Positions 32,951 through 43,210 of a stretch of 64,000 nt of DNA are shown one piece after another. The notes beneath the pieces were generated by a model that had not been told where the DNA came from, made no database searches, and saw only the letters and a list, made by a program, of their open reading frames with translations. The DNA is from Longimicrobiales bacterium (GTDB lineage Bacteria > Gemmatimonadota > Gemmatimonadetes > Longimicrobiales > Gaopeijiaceae). The DNA is taken from assembly GCA_965116905.1 (NCBI GenBank), contig OZ220732.1, forward strand, positions 864,001 to 928,000, read 5' to 3'. The first letter of the stretch is position 1. The number at the start of each line of letters is the position of its first letter. The translations under genes were made by a program, and so were the position numbers.

Positions 32951-33565
32951 ATGCGACTGTCGCAACTTCCCGACGCGCTGGCCGGCCGATTTGGACCGAC
33001 GGACTCGGCGCTACCGGATCGTCACCGCAGGAATGCCGCGGTTGCGTTGGTCCTGCGTCCGCCGGCTGAAGCCCGGGACCCTCGGGTCGACCGTTGCGAG
33101 GTGCTGGCGATCCGAAGGGCGGACTCCTCTCGGGATCCGTGGTCCGGGCAGATGGCGTTGCCGGGCGGGAGCCTGGACCCGACGGATTCCGGACTGCTCG
33201 CTGCCGCCGTGCGCGAGGCGGACGAGGAGACGGGGCTGCGCCTGGACGTGGGTGGCCGTCCGCTGGGCCGGATCGAGCCGATGCGGCCGCTGGGCGTGCG
33301 CCTGCCGGTGATCACGATCTGGCCCTTTGTCTTCCGGACGGACCCGGCGGCGAAGGCCCGAATCGCCAGCCCCGAAGTGGCTTCGGTCCACTGGTTCCCG
33401 GTGCGTGCCCTCGACGACCGCTCGAACCGCAGCTCGTACGCGTACCGTGATCCGAGCCTGGGAGTGCGGCAGTTCCCGTGCATCCGGCTGGAGGGCCAGG
33501 TGATCTGGGGGCTGACCTACCGGATCCTGACGCAGTTTCTGGAGGTGCTTCGGCCACCCCTGTGA
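32951..33565 (+). CDS. Nudix hydrolase, CoA pyrophosphatase type
   Basis: AAV, SGQMALPGG, Nudix box AAVREADEETG and IWGLT motifs. Confidence 0.9.
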   Translation: MRLSQLPDALAGRFGPTDSALPDRHRRNAAVALVLRPPAEARDPRVDRCEVLAIRRADSSRDPWSGQMALPGGSLDPTDSGLLAAAVREADEETGLRLDVGGRPLGRIEPMRPLGVRLPVITIWPFVFRTDPAAKARIASPEVASVHWFPVRALDDRSNRSSYAYRDPSLGVRQFPCIRLEGQVIWGLTYRILTQFLEVLRPPL

Positions 33566-33579
33566 GCGGCCGGTGCGAA

Positions 33580-33607
33580 CGGAAGGTTAACTATAGTTTA
33601 CCTTCCG
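33580..33607. terminator. 28-bp near-perfect palindrome between convergent genes (terminator-like hairpin or binding site)
   Basis: CGGAAGGTTAACTATAGTTTACCTTCCG has one mismatched pair and lies between two 3' ends. Confidence 0.45.
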
Positions 33608-33624
33608 AAGATCCCGCCCCGTGC

Positions 33625-34695
33625 CTACCGCGAATCCCGCCACTCCACCAGGAACAGGTTCGTGTTGCCTTCGTGCGACATGTTGCGGTTGGAGCCGAAT
33701 ACCAGGCTGGTGCCGTCGGGGTGGAACACGGGGAACCCGTCGAAGCCCTCCGACCATGTGACCCGCTCGAGACCGGTCCCGTCGACGTTGATCAGGTAGA
33801 GTTCGAACTCCCGCCCCCTCGGGTCGTCCATGTTCGACGAGAAGATGATCTGCTCTCCGGAGGGGTGCCAGTAGGGGGCGAAGTTGGCCGCGCCGTTGTC
33901 GGTCAGCTGTCGGACGTTCGAGCCGTCCGCATCGGCGACGTAGATGTTCAGGGCGGAGGGGCGGATGAGGCCCTCGGCCAGAAGGGACAGGTAGTCCTCC
34001 CGCTCCTCGGCGGTCTCCGGGTAGTGGGCCCGCCACACGATCTTCGTGCCGTCCGGACTGTAGAATGCGCCGCCGTCGTAGCCGAGACGGTCGGTGATGC
34101 GCGTCACGTCGGAGCCGTCGGGCAGCATGGAATAGAGGTCGAGGTCACCGTCGCGAATCGAGGTGAAGATGATCCGGTTCCCCGTGGGTGAAAACGTGGC
34201 CTCGGCGTCGTAGCCGAACTCGTTCGTCAGCTGACGCAGGTTGGATCCGTCCACGTCCGCCGCGAAGATGTCGAAGCTCGGGTACACCGCCCACACGTAT
34301 CCTCGCGAGAAATCCGGCGGGGTCGGGCAGGCGCGGCTGAAGTGATGCGTCGACGAGTAGAGGATCCGGTCGCCGCCCGGGTAGAAGTACGAGCAGGTGG
34401 TGCGGCCGTCGCCCGTGCTGACGAGCTGTTGTTCGCCGGTTGCCGGGTCGTATGTGTAGATCTGGTCGCACCCCTCTCCGGGAGTGCGGGTCGACTGGTA
34501 GACCAGCCTGGCGCCGTCGAACGACCAGTACGCCTCTGCGTTCTCGCCCGCGAAAGTGAGCTGTTTCATCTCGCCGAAGCGGCTCTCTTCGGGCCGAACC
34601 AGCTCCGGTATGTCAGGATGTCCCTGGCCGCCTGCCCAGGAAGGTGCAGCCATGGTCAAAACGGCCAGCAGCATGATCGATCGGGATGTATTCAT
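33625..34695 (-). CDS. TolB-like PD40/WD40 beta-propeller protein, secreted
   Basis: Signal peptide; repeated AYWSFDG, ATFSPTG, AFYSPDG, PYWHPSG and PVFHPDG blades. Confidence 0.88.
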   Translation of the reverse strand: MNTSRSIMLLAVLTMAAPSWAGGQGHPDIPELVRPEESRFGEMKQLTFAGENAEAYWSFDGARLVYQSTRTPGEGCDQIYTYDPATGEQQLVSTGDGRTTCSYFYPGGDRILYSSTHHFSRACPTPPDFSRGYVWAVYPSFDIFAADVDGSNLRQLTNEFGYDAEATFSPTGNRIIFTSIRDGDLDLYSMLPDGSDVTRITDRLGYDGGAFYSPDGTKIVWRAHYPETAEEREDYLSLLAEGLIRPSALNIYVADADGSNVRQLTDNGAANFAPYWHPSGEQIIFSSNMDDPRGREFELYLINVDGTGLERVTWSEGFDGFPVFHPDGTSLVFGSNRNMSHEGNTNLFLVEWRDSR

Positions 34696-35915
34696 TCAAC
34701 GTGTCGGATGTTGTGGGATACCGGTGTTGGGACCCCGGCGGTCCGGGGCTCGCTGTTCGGGCCGGACTGCGGGAAGCCCCCAAACCTAGCACGAATCCCG
34801 CGCTCGGCCAGTTCGCGGATGTAGGGTTCGGTGGGAATGATTTCGTCGGGTGTGCCCACTCCCGAGGCAACCTCCCCGCGCGCCTGCATCAGCGCCACGA
34901 TCGCCAGGGTGAACCCGGTGGTCCTGGCCATGGCCGTGATCCCCGTTGCCGGGTCGTAGCGGTCGACGACTTCGTAGCGGACCCGGGACCGGACGCCGTC
35001 CTTCTCTCCCGTCACCTCGACGCGCGCGACCACGAGGTCGTCCCCGCTCTCGTTTCTGAGCGAGGGCGTCGCCTGCTGGATGAAGAACTTGCGGGGATTG
35101 ACGATTGCCCCGTTGTAGTCAACGTCCTGGTCGCTCAGCAGCCCGAGTTCGCGGATGGCGCGCATGACCCGGGCGTGGCCCGGGTAGCGCAGCGTCTTGT
35201 ACTCGAAGCTCCTGATCCGGTTCTCGTACCGGGCGGGCATCGTGGAGGTCCCGCCGCCGGTGTGGAAGGCCTCGAGGCGGCCGATCGGTGCCCCGAACTC
35301 CACGGTTTCCAGCTCCGACAGCGCGTCCACGCGGATCCGCTTCCCGTCCCTCAGGATCTCGGCCGGCGTTACGTAGTAGTCGAACATGCCTTCGAGAGCG
35401 TACACGATCTGGTAGTTGAGGGGCGGGCGGGGGTTGCGGGGCAGCCCGCCCACCCACAGCCGCACCGTGTGAACCGACTCGTAACGCTCGATACCGGCCT
35501 GGGCCAGGATATTGACCATGCCCGGGGCCAGCCCGATATCGGGCGCGACCGAGACGCCGCGTTGCCGGGCGGCCGCGTCCAGCCCGCGTTGCCGGGTGAC
35601 GATTGCGGTGTTGCCGCCCAGGTCCGTGAAGTGGGCGCCGGCCTCGACCGCGAGCCGCGCCATCTCGTAGTTGAAGTGGTAGGGGAGCGCGCACAGCACG
35701 CCGGTGGCGCCCTCCATGGCGTGCCCGATGGAGTTGGAGGATGAGGCGTCTGCACGCAGCGTCGACAGCCGTCGGCCCAGGTGAGGCCGAAGCGCCGGGT
35801 GCAGCGCGTCCGGATGCAGGTCGGCGACGACGACCTCTTCAACCACGTCCTGCCGCAAGAGGTCGAAGGCCGCGGCAGAGCCCTGGGCACCGCCCCCCAG
35901 TACGAGGAATCTCAT
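34692..35915 (-). CDS. Saccharopine dehydrogenase / lysine 6-dehydrogenase family protein
   Basis: LGGGAQG Rossmann motif, [19 protein letters not shown] and TAMARTTG. Confidence 0.88.
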   Translation of the reverse strand: MRFLVLGGGAQGSAAAFDLLRQDVVEEVVVADLHPDALHPALRPHLGRRLSTLRADASSSNSIGHAMEGATGVLCALPYHFNYEMARLAVEAGAHFTDLGGNTAIVTRQRGLDAAARQRGVSVAPDIGLAPGMVNILAQAGIERYESVHTVRLWVGGLPRNPRPPLNYQIVYALEGMFDYYVTPAEILRDGKRIRVDALSELETVEFGAPIGRLEAFHTGGGTSTMPARYENRIRSFEYKTLRYPGHARVMRAIRELGLLSDQDVDYNGAIVNPRKFFIQQATPSLRNESGDDLVVARVEVTGEKDGVRSRVRYEVVDRYDPATGITAMARTTGFTLAIVALMQARGEVASGVGTPDEIIPTEPYIRELAERGIRARFGGFPQSGPNSEPRTAGVPTPVSHNIRHVE

Positions 35916-38395
35916 GCGGGCCCCATGAGGTTGAACTGCGTCTCGTGCACGGGCTCGTCGCCGTTGAGGCGCGTGACCCCCACGATTCGGTCCCCGACCC
36001 CTGGCGAAACGACGCGCTGCGCCGGTGCTGTGCGCGGTTTGAGCGCCACGGAGCCGACCGTCGCACCCGTCGGCACACCACCCGCGGAGAGCAGCACGAC
36101 CCGGTCGTCGTCCAGTCCCTCCAGCGCGCCGACGATCCCGTGGGCACAGTCCCGGGTCGCCATCGCCGAGACGCCGAGGCCGCTCCGCTTGCGGATCGGG
36201 AAGTCGGCGAGGGGCGTCCGCTTTCCGGCGCCCTGTTCGTTGACTAGCAGAATGGGGGCCTCGCGCATGGCGGCGATGAACGCGACGACTTCGTCTTCTC
36301 CGCGCAGACCGATCCCCTTCACGCCCAGCGCCACGCGGCCCATCACCGGGACCTCCCGTTCGGGGAAGCGTAGCGCGCGCCCCTGCCGCGTGACGAGGAG
36401 GAATTCCGTGTCCCCCGACGTGTCGTGCACGTCCAGGACGGTGTCGTCCGGTCGGAGCCGCATCGCGATGATCCCGGCGGGCGTCGGGTTCGAGTACTCG
36501 TTCAGGCGCGTCCTCTTGGCCAGACCGGCGCGCGTGACGAACGCCACGTAGCGATCCTCCGTGAGATCCTCGATCGGCCGGATCGCGACGATCGGATCGC
36601 GGCGGTCGATCCCGAGCAGGGCCCAGATCGACTTGCCACGCGCCGCACGCGACCCTTCAGGGACCTCTTCGACCCGCAGGAAGTACACCTTCCCCTTGCT
36701 GGTGAACGACAGCAGCCAGCCCTGCGTCCGCGCGACGACCACGGTCTCCAGGTAATCGCCGCGGTAGCGCTCCATCGCGGCCATTGCAAGGCCCGCCGCG
36801 GTGCGCCGCCTGTAGAGGTGCATCGGAATCCGCTTCAGGTAGCCCTGGTGGGAAATGGTGACGACCACGTCCTCGTCGGCGACGCTCGACTTCACATAGG
36901 CGAAGTCGGCCTTGTCCTGCCCCTCCAGAATCACGGTGCGGCGGGCGTCGCCATAGCGCTCTACGACCTCGTCCAGCTCCCTGAGCATGACGGTGAGCTG
37001 CAGCGACTCGTTCGCGAGGAGGCCGCGCAGCTTCTCGATCGCGGCGCGCAGATCCGCCTCCCGGGCGCGCAGGTGGTCGCCTTCGAGCGCGGTCAGCCGG
37101 GCGAGCCGCATCCGCAGAATGGCCTCCGCCTGGATGTCGCTCAGGCCGAAACGCTCCTGCAGCCGGGCCGCTGCCTGGGCGCGGTCCGTCGAGCGCCTGA
37201 TCACGGCGATCACTTCGTCGATGTGGGCCAGCGCCGTGAGGAGACCCTGGGTGATGTGCAGGTCCGCCTCGGCCTTGTCCAGATCGAACCGCGACCTGCG
37301 GCGGATCACGTCCAGGCGATGGTCGCGGAACCGTTCCAGCAGCTCCTTGAGGGTGAATTCCTCGGGCTGCTTGCCACCGTCGAGAGCCAGGAGAATCGCG
37401 CCGAAGGTGGACTGCAGCGCGGTCTTCTTGAAGAGCACCGCCATGATGCCGCTGACGTCGGCCCCTCGCTTCAGCTCGATCACGAGGCGGATACCCTCGC
37501 GGTCCGACTCGTCCCGGAGGTCCGCCACGTCGGGCAGCATGCCCTTGCGCGACAGCCCGGCGATCTGCGCGATGATCCGGGACTTCGACACCGCGTACGG
37601 CAACTCGGTCACCACGAGCTGCTTGCGCCCCCCCCTCACGGCCTCGGTCACCACGCGCGCCCGCATCGTCATCCGGCCGCGCCCGTTCTCGTACATGCGA
37701 CGAATGCCGGCGCGCCCGACGATGTAGCCGCCCGTCGGGAAGTCTGGCCCGGGAACCTGCTCCATCAGTTCGGCCATGTCGCAGTCCGGGTCGTTCACCA
37801 GCGTCCGCAGCGCGTCGGCCACCTCACGCAGGTTGTGCGGCGGCACGTTCGTGCTCATCCCCACGGCGATACCCGAACAGCCATTGACAAGCAGGTTCGG
37901 GACCGTGGACGGCAGCACCGCCGGTTCCTTGAGACGGTCGTCGAAGTTGTTCTCCCAGTCGACCGTGTCCTTCTCGATCTCGGCGAGCAGCTCGGTGGCG
38001 ACGCTGGCGAGACGCACCTCCGTGTACCGGTACGCGGCCGCCGAGTCACCGTCGATCGAGCCGAAGTTGCCCTGTCCGTCGACGAGCGGGTAGCGCAGCG
38101 AGAACTCCTGGACCATGCGGACGAGCGCATCGTACACGGCCGCGTCGCCGTGCGGGTGGTACTTGCCCAGCACCTCCCCCACCACGGTCGCGCTCTTCTT
38201 GTAGTCGCGGTCCGGCCGCAGTCCGAGTCCGTGCATGGCCACGAGAATCCGCCGGTGCACCGGCTTGAGTCCGTCCCTGACGTCCGGGAGGGCGCGCCTC
38301 ACGATCACGCTCATCGAGTAATCGAGGAAGGCGTGCTGCATCTCATCCTCTATGTGCCGCTCAAGCACGCGGTCACGCACGCGGGCTACGCTCAT
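35912..38395 (-). CDS. Type IIA topoisomerase A subunit (GyrA/ParC; probably topo IV-like)
   Basis: [23 protein letters not shown], catalytic [13 protein letters not shown] and a beta-pinwheel CTD; canonical GyrA box absent. Confidence 0.93.
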   Translation of the reverse strand: MSVARVRDRVLERHIEDEMQHAFLDYSMSVIVRRALPDVRDGLKPVHRRILVAMHGLGLRPDRDYKKSATVVGEVLGKYHPHGDAAVYDALVRMVQEFSLRYPLVDGQGNFGSIDGDSAAAYRYTEVRLASVATELLAEIEKDTVDWENNFDDRLKEPAVLPSTVPNLLVNGCSGIAVGMSTNVPPHNLREVADALRTLVNDPDCDMAELMEQVPGPDFPTGGYIVGRAGIRRMYENGRGRMTMRARVVTEAVRGGRKQLVVTELPYAVSKSRIIAQIAGLSRKGMLPDVADLRDESDREGIRLVIELKRGADVSGIMAVLFKKTALQSTFGAILLALDGGKQPEEFTLKELLERFRDHRLDVIRRRSRFDLDKAEADLHITQGLLTALAHIDEVIAVIRRSTDRAQAAARLQERFGLSDIQAEAILRMRLARLTALEGDHLRAREADLRAAIEKLRGLLANESLQLTVMLRELDEVVERYGDARRTVILEGQDKADFAYVKSSVADEDVVVTISHQGYLKRIPMHLYRRRTAAGLAMAAMERYRGDYLETVVVARTQGWLLSFTSKGKVYFLRVEEVPEGSRAARGKSIWALLGIDRRDPIVAIRPIEDLTEDRYVAFVTRAGLAKRTRLNEYSNPTPAGIIAMRLRPDDTVLDVHDTSGDTEFLLVTRQGRALRFPEREVPVMGRVALGVKGIGLRGEDEVVAFIAAMREAPILLVNEQGAGKRTPLADFPIRKRSGLGVSAMATRDCAHGIVGALEGLDDDRVVLLSAGGVPTGATVGSVALKPRTAPAQRVVSPGVGDRIVGVTRLNGDEPVHETQFNLMGPA

Positions 38396-38429
38396 GCGGC
38401 CTCCTGCCCCTGCTCACTGAGGTGAGTAC

Positions 38430-39290
38430 TCACTCACGTCCCGGTATGTACCCCCGCTCCAGCACGTCAACCGTGTCGCCCAGCGCGATTCGCCCGCGCC
38501 CGCGGTGCACCACGTTGACCCCGAAGTAGACATGAGACTCAATGCGGCGGTAGAACGCCAGCGTCCTGAGCGGCTCGGAGGCCGGGTCGCGGGTGCCCGA
38601 ATCCTGGTCGACCGTCGTGACCTTGCAGCGCGCGCACAGCTTCACGCCCTCGAAGCCCAGGCCACCGATGGCGAAGCGCTGCCAGCGGTCCTCGTCGTGG
38701 GGCGAGTCGCCGGTCACCACGATATTCGGCCGGAACCGCTCCACCGGGATCGGCCGGCCGACGCGCCGGGTCAACTCGTCGACCGAACGCTCGCTGACGA
38801 GCAGCACCGGAAATCCGTCCGCGAAGCCCACCTGGTGTCCCGCCGCGTACTCGGGGTCGGTGGCGCGCGCGTCCCGATTGCGCATGAAGACCAGCCGGAA
38901 CTCTCCACCCAGCACCGAGGAAAGCCAGGCGTCGGCTTCCGCCCCGACGGTGCGTGCGCGAGCGCCCGAGCCATGAATACGCACCCGGACCGCGCTGCCG
39001 CCTGGATCCAGGGGAAGGGTCAGGGTGTCCGCTCCGGGGGCCGCGAGCGCCAGCGAGCCGTTGTCGAGGCGGGGACGAATGCCAGCCAGCCGGGGAGTGT
39101 CGCGCTGGCTCACGAATTCCCCATCGGGCCTCACGATCATCCAGCGGCGGTCGAAACGGGGACCCAGTTCGTCGAAGTCCATGGCGTCGAGCTCGATTCC
39201 CCGGGTGCCCTTCACCGGATAGACCCGGAGGCGGGTGACGCGGAGCGGTCCGCCGCCGGGCCGTGCCGGTTCCGGGGGCGCGCCAGTCAC
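38430..39290 (-). CDS. MOSC domain protein (YcbX/mARC-like)
   Basis: YPVKG, DRRWMIV, FADGFP, RFRPNIVV and CARC motifs. Confidence 0.92.
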   Translation of the reverse strand: MTGAPPEPARPGGGPLRVTRLRVYPVKGTRGIELDAMDFDELGPRFDRRWMIVRPDGEFVSQRDTPRLAGIRPRLDNGSLALAAPGADTLTLPLDPGGSAVRVRIHGSGARARTVGAEADAWLSSVLGGEFRLVFMRNRDARATDPEYAAGHQVGFADGFPVLLVSERSVDELTRRVGRPIPVERFRPNIVVTGDSPHDEDRWQRFAIGGLGFEGVKLCARCKVTTVDQDSGTRDPASEPLRTLAFYRRIESHVYFGVNVVHRGRGRIALGDTVDVLERGYIPGRE

Positions 39291-39703
39291 GTGACCACCG
39301 CGTCGAGGTTGCGGCTGACGATCGTCAGCGGAAGCGTGGCCTGATGACGTCCGTTGACCAGGACGTGGAAGGTGTGGACCCCGGCCTCCTGAAACACGAT
39401 GCCGTCGAGGTTGATCACGTGCGGCACCCGGATCCCGGTCTGGAGGCTCGAGGGGCTCGGAGCCACCTTGAGCTCGCCGCTGAGTGAGACGATCTCCTTG
39501 CCGGACGGTGACGCGAGCTTGATGGTGAGCTTGTGGGTTCCGGCGTCGTTGGCGCCGCCGAGGAAGCGCAGGACGAGCGAAAGACGGCCGTGCCGGGCCG
39601 GAAAGCGCGCCACGCTGATCTGGTCGAAGACGCCCAGCAGATTCAGCTTTCCGGACCCGTCGATGGTGGCCGCGTCGGCGATCAGTACGAGGTCTACGTC
39701 CAC
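39287..39703 (-). CDS. DUF6941-like small beta protein
   Basis: IADAATIDGSGKLNLLGVFD...FQEAGVHTFHVLVNG. GTG start at 39703. Confidence 0.65.
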   Translation of the reverse strand: MDVDLVLIADAATIDGSGKLNLLGVFDQISVARFPARHGRLSLVLRFLGGANDAGTHKLTIKLASPSGKEIVSLSGELKVAPSPSSLQTGIRVPHVINLDGIVFQEAGVHTFHVLVNGRHQATLPLTIVSRNLDAVVT

Positions 39704-40344
39704 GAAACTCCTTCCCCGGCCGCGCCGGCGCGCGGCTCTCCCATGAGTGACCCGGCCAGCACTAGGCCGAACAGCAGGTCCAGGGCCGCGTGTGCGATGA
39801 CCGACGGCCAGACGCTGCCGGTCCACGCCACTCCGAGGGCCATCACAACGCCGATCACCGTGGTCCGCACAATCCCGTGCCGGCCCTGGTACGAATGAAG
39901 GAAGCCAAAAACACCCGCGGCGGGCAAGGCGCCGGCCAGATAGGAACCGGTCCAGGGCAGTAAGAGCGCGGGAATGAAGGCGCGAAAGACGATCTCCTCC
40001 GAGAAGCCGGCGGTGACGGAGAGCGCTGCGAATACCCCCTTTTCGCGTCTCGTTTCGGGGATGATCGCGCGGACCATTGCGGTCTCCTGCCAGCCGAACC
40101 GCCGCGAGAGACTCCGGAACGCATAGGCCACCATGACGCCTGCCCCGGTGAGGAGCATGGCGGGACCCGGGACGCCGGCAATCCCCGGCGGCCACGACAG
40201 CAGCCCGGGTGCGGCCGGGTGCGGGAGGCGCGGGAGCGCCCAGAAGGCCAGCAGCCCAAAGGCCGCGAGCACAAGCATGGAACTCGTGTAGACCGGGACG
40301 CGGGCGGCGCGTATCTCTTCGCCGGTAACGGGCTCGCGCTTCAA
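39694..40344 (-). CDS. CPBP (CAAX/Abi) intramembrane glutamic endopeptidase
   Basis: EEIVFRA, FGFLHSYQG and HAALD motifs. Confidence 0.88.
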   Translation of the reverse strand: MKREPVTGEEIRAARVPVYTSSMLVLAAFGLLAFWALPRLPHPAAPGLLSWPPGIAGVPGPAMLLTGAGVMVAYAFRSLSRRFGWQETAMVRAIIPETRREKGVFAALSVTAGFSEEIVFRAFIPALLLPWTGSYLAGALPAAGVFGFLHSYQGRHGIVRTTVIGVVMALGVAWTGSVWPSVIAHAALDLLFGLVLAGSLMGEPRAGAAGEGVSWT

Positions 40345-41780
40345 GCGCGCAGCTCCCTTCCCGTGCGCAGGATTCCGTCGATCGCGAGGTCGATGTCGGC
40401 GGCGGTCGTGCGCGTATTCAGAATGCAGAACCGCAACGAAAACCTGCCCGCCAGGCGCGTGGAGGACATCATGGCGTGGCCCGACTGTACGATCCGACGC
40501 TGAATCTCCCGGTTCAGCTCGTCCAGGTCAGGCTGGGCGGCGGCCGGATGTCCGACGTATCGGAAACAGACGACGCCGAGACTCTGCGGCGACAGCATTT
40601 CCAGCTCCGGTTCGGCCCGTATCCGCGCTTCGGTCCGTTGGGCCAGCTCGATGGCGCGCGCGATCTCCCTGCGATGCGCGCCCACGCCGTAGCGCTGGAC
40701 CGAAAGCCAGACGCGCAGCGCGCGAAAGATCCGCGTGAGCTGCAGGCCGCGGTCGCAGAAATTGACGTGTTCCGGTCCCCAGTCGGCGTCCTGAAGGTAC
40801 TCCGGGAGCATCCTGAAGGCCGATTCCAGCCTTGCCACGTCGCGCACCATGAGGCAGCCGGTCTCGTAGGGCTGAAAGAACCACTTGTGCGGGTCCAGGC
40901 TTATGCTGTCCCCCAGCTCCAGTCCCGAGAGCAGGGGCCGGGTGTTCGGGTCCAGCACCGCGAAGCCCCCATAGGCCGCATCGATGTGGTACCAGAGCCC
41001 CTCATCGGCTGCGATGTGGGCGATCTCGGCCAGCGGGTCGATGGCTCCGGTGTTGGTGGTGCCGGCGTTGGCGATCACGCAGAACGGTGCAAGACCGTTC
41101 TCGCGATCCCGGCGAACAGCCTCGCGGAGACCCGAAGGCACGATCCGGAAGTCGGCGTCGACGGGCAGATGGCGGACCCGGGTGCCGTCGATCCCGGCGA
41201 TGCGGGCGGCCCGGACGACGGAGGCGTGGGTCTGCTCGGAGACGTACACCGTACCTGAAGGGGGATTCCCGGCGGCTTCTCGCGCGGTGACGAGAGCGAT
41301 CAGGTTGGCGGCGGATCCACCGCTGGTGAACAGACCCCCGGCGCCGGGGGGATACGCCAGCCATTCACGGAACCAGTCGGTGACGGTGACTTCGATCTGG
41401 GACGGACCCGACGATTCGAGCCACGTGCCCTGAAACACGTTGAAGCCGTTGATCAGGAAGCTGGCCAGGACCGATGCCCATGACGGACTGGACGGAATGA
41501 AGGCCAGGAACCGCGGATGGTCGATCCGCCCGGCGAAGGGCATCACGTCTCGCAATATGGTCTCGAGCAGCGGTTCCAGGGGCTGGCCGGTGTCCGGCGG
41601 CGGGCCGTGAAGGAGGGGCTCCGTGACCTCCCGGGCGGCCCCCTGCCAGGGCGGACCCTCGGCGAGGTTTGCCCAGCGGTCCACGATCGCGTCGACCACC
41701 TGGTATCCGGAACGCCGCATTTCCTCCGGATCCTCCAGGAGTGAGAGGCCGGCGGCGGCTTCCCTCGTCTCTGCTGTCAT
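40341..41780 (-). CDS. PLP-dependent group II amino-acid decarboxylase (aromatic-L-amino-acid decarboxylase-like)
   Basis: HPRFLAFI, SGGSAAN, AGTTNTGAIDP, HIDAAYGG and DPHKW motifs. Probable ATG at 41780. Confidence 0.9.
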   Translation of the reverse strand: MTAETREAAAGLSLLEDPEEMRRSGYQVVDAIVDRWANLAEGPPWQGAAREVTEPLLHGPPPDTGQPLEPLLETILRDVMPFAGRIDHPRFLAFIPSSPSWASVLASFLINGFNVFQGTWLESSGPSQIEVTVTDWFREWLAYPPGAGGLFTSGGSAANLIALVTAREAAGNPPSGTVYVSEQTHASVVRAARIAGIDGTRVRHLPVDADFRIVPSGLREAVRRDRENGLAPFCVIANAGTTNTGAIDPLAEIAHIAADEGLWYHIDAAYGGFAVLDPNTRPLLSGLELGDSISLDPHKWFFQPYETGCLMVRDVARLESAFRMLPEYLQDADWGPEHVNFCDRGLQLTRIFRALRVWLSVQRYGVGAHRREIARAIELAQRTEARIRAEPELEMLSPQSLGVVCFRYVGHPAAAQPDLDELNREIQRRIVQSGHAMMSSTRLAGRFSLRFCILNTRTTAADIDLAIDGILRTGRELRA

Positions 41781-41856
41781 CCGTTGACGCCTTGGCTGAA
41801 GGGGTTCTAGTGTAGGGTCAGGCACGCACCTGTTTCCACGTCCACGGAGGACGACC

Positions 41857-42168
41857 GTGACCACATCGGCGCCGCCCAAGGCAACATACCGCGTGATCGA
41901 CGCGTACGATCATCCGCACGGAGGCCGTATTCTGCGGCTCCGCCTCGGGAGGGGCGAGGCTTTGCGGGTCAAGGAGCTGAAGGGTTGCGCCATGATCGCC
42001 ACCTCGCCGGATGGCGTCGAGGAGCAGATAACCGTGGGCGGCTTCGCTCTTTTCGGCGGCAGACCATCGGATTCCCGGCTGGCCAGAACGGGCCGGGTGG
42101 ATGTCCAGGTGACGGGCGAAGTCGCGCGGCTCGTGGAGTTCGGATGGACGCTGGCAGGGCCGGTCTGA
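41857..42168 (+). CDS. Small hypothetical protein
   Basis: GGAGG RBS before GTG; globular-looking sequence filling the gap between minus-strand genes. Confidence 0.6.
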   Translation: MTTSAPPKATYRVIDAYDHPHGGRILRLRLGRGEALRVKELKGCAMIATSPDGVEEQITVGGFALFGGRPSDSRLARTGRVDVQVTGEVARLVEFGWTLAGPV

Positions 42169-42239
42169 CGGGCCAGCACACGCTCCCCATGCCCGCCGGT
42201 CGGGCTCCCCGCTCTGCCGGTGGGGACGGCCGCTAGCGG

Positions 42240-42941
42240 CTAGCGCGCTCCTGTGGCGCCCCGGGCGCCGGGCGGATCCCGTTCGAACGCCCTCCGGAAC
42301 CACGCCACATAGGCCTCCTGGGCCCCGGGATCCGCTGCCAGCCAGTCCCTTCTGGCCTCGACGAATGCATCCGGCCGCGCGGTCAGGATGAATGCGTCCA
42401 GGTAGCCGTTCTCTTTCGAATACATCAATTCGTCGAGAATGCCGTAGGGAGGGGCGTCGAAGATCGACCGCTGATACAGCCAGGTGTCCGATACGCGGGC
42501 CAGGATCGCCTTCTCGAGTTCGAAATCGCTCGCGCCGAGCGCCTCGGGCAGCCACCGATCCAGCCGGTTCTGCGCGGCCATCAGGTGGAGGTGCGCGTAG
42601 ATCGTGTATGGTCCGGAGATGCCCGGCCTCGCCTGAGCGGTCACGTTGGCGGTGTCGCCCTGCTCGTTCACCTCGAGCCGCTCCCAGGGATAGACGGGCC
42701 CTTCCTGCCCGTTTGTGTAGATCATGAACGAGGGGTCGAGCGTGATGCTGTCCATCTGCTCCCTCAGCCACGCGTCCACCTCCTCCATGCGTTCCTTGGT
42801 GGGCGCGAGCCGTTCCCCGGATAGGATGACGAGCCGCCGCGGTTCGGGAAGCTCGAACTGGGCCGTGCCGCAGGCGGACAGCGTGAGGGCGGCGACCGCG
42901 ACAACAGCGCGGCGAACGTTCAGGGTGGTGTGCATCGTCAT
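42240..42941 (-). CDS. Hypothetical lipoprotein
   Basis: Signal peptide with LSAC lipobox; probable ATG at 42941. Confidence 0.65.
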   Translation of the reverse strand: MTMHTTLNVRRAVVAVAALTLSACGTAQFELPEPRRLVILSGERLAPTKERMEEVDAWLREQMDSITLDPSFMIYTNGQEGPVYPWERLEVNEQGDTANVTAQARPGISGPYTIYAHLHLMAAQNRLDRWLPEALGASDFELEKAILARVSDTWLYQRSIFDAPPYGILDELMYSKENGYLDAFILTARPDAFVEARRDWLAADPGAQEAYVAWFRRAFERDPPGARGATGAR

Positions 42942-42985
42942 GGCGTGGCCGGTGTGCGTGCGAAACGGGCGTATCACCACCTTAC

Positions 42986-43204
42986 TCAACCCGTCTCGGG
43001 GGGTCCATGTTCCATCTCGTTCGCTACCATGTCGTCCGGCGCGGCGTCCCGCCAGCGAAGGAATTCGAAGGGGCTGCGGCAGTCGGCGCACCAGCAGGTG
43101 GTGAGCGAGGCGTGGCTCCCGAAGAGGGACATCAACTCGGTGCGCTCGCCGCCGCAAAACGGGCACGGGGGCACGTCAGCGGGGCCCGCGGGGTTCGTGT
43201 CCAC
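42986..43204 (-). CDS. PaaD-like zinc-ribbon protein (stand-alone)
   Basis: CPFCG...SLFGS...CADCRSPFEF matches the C-terminal zinc ribbon of PaaD. Confidence 0.8.
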   Translation of the reverse strand: MDTNPAGPADVPPCPFCGGERTELMSLFGSHASLTTCWCADCRSPFEFLRWRDAAPDDMVANEMEHGPPETG

Positions 43205-43210
43205 TGCGCG

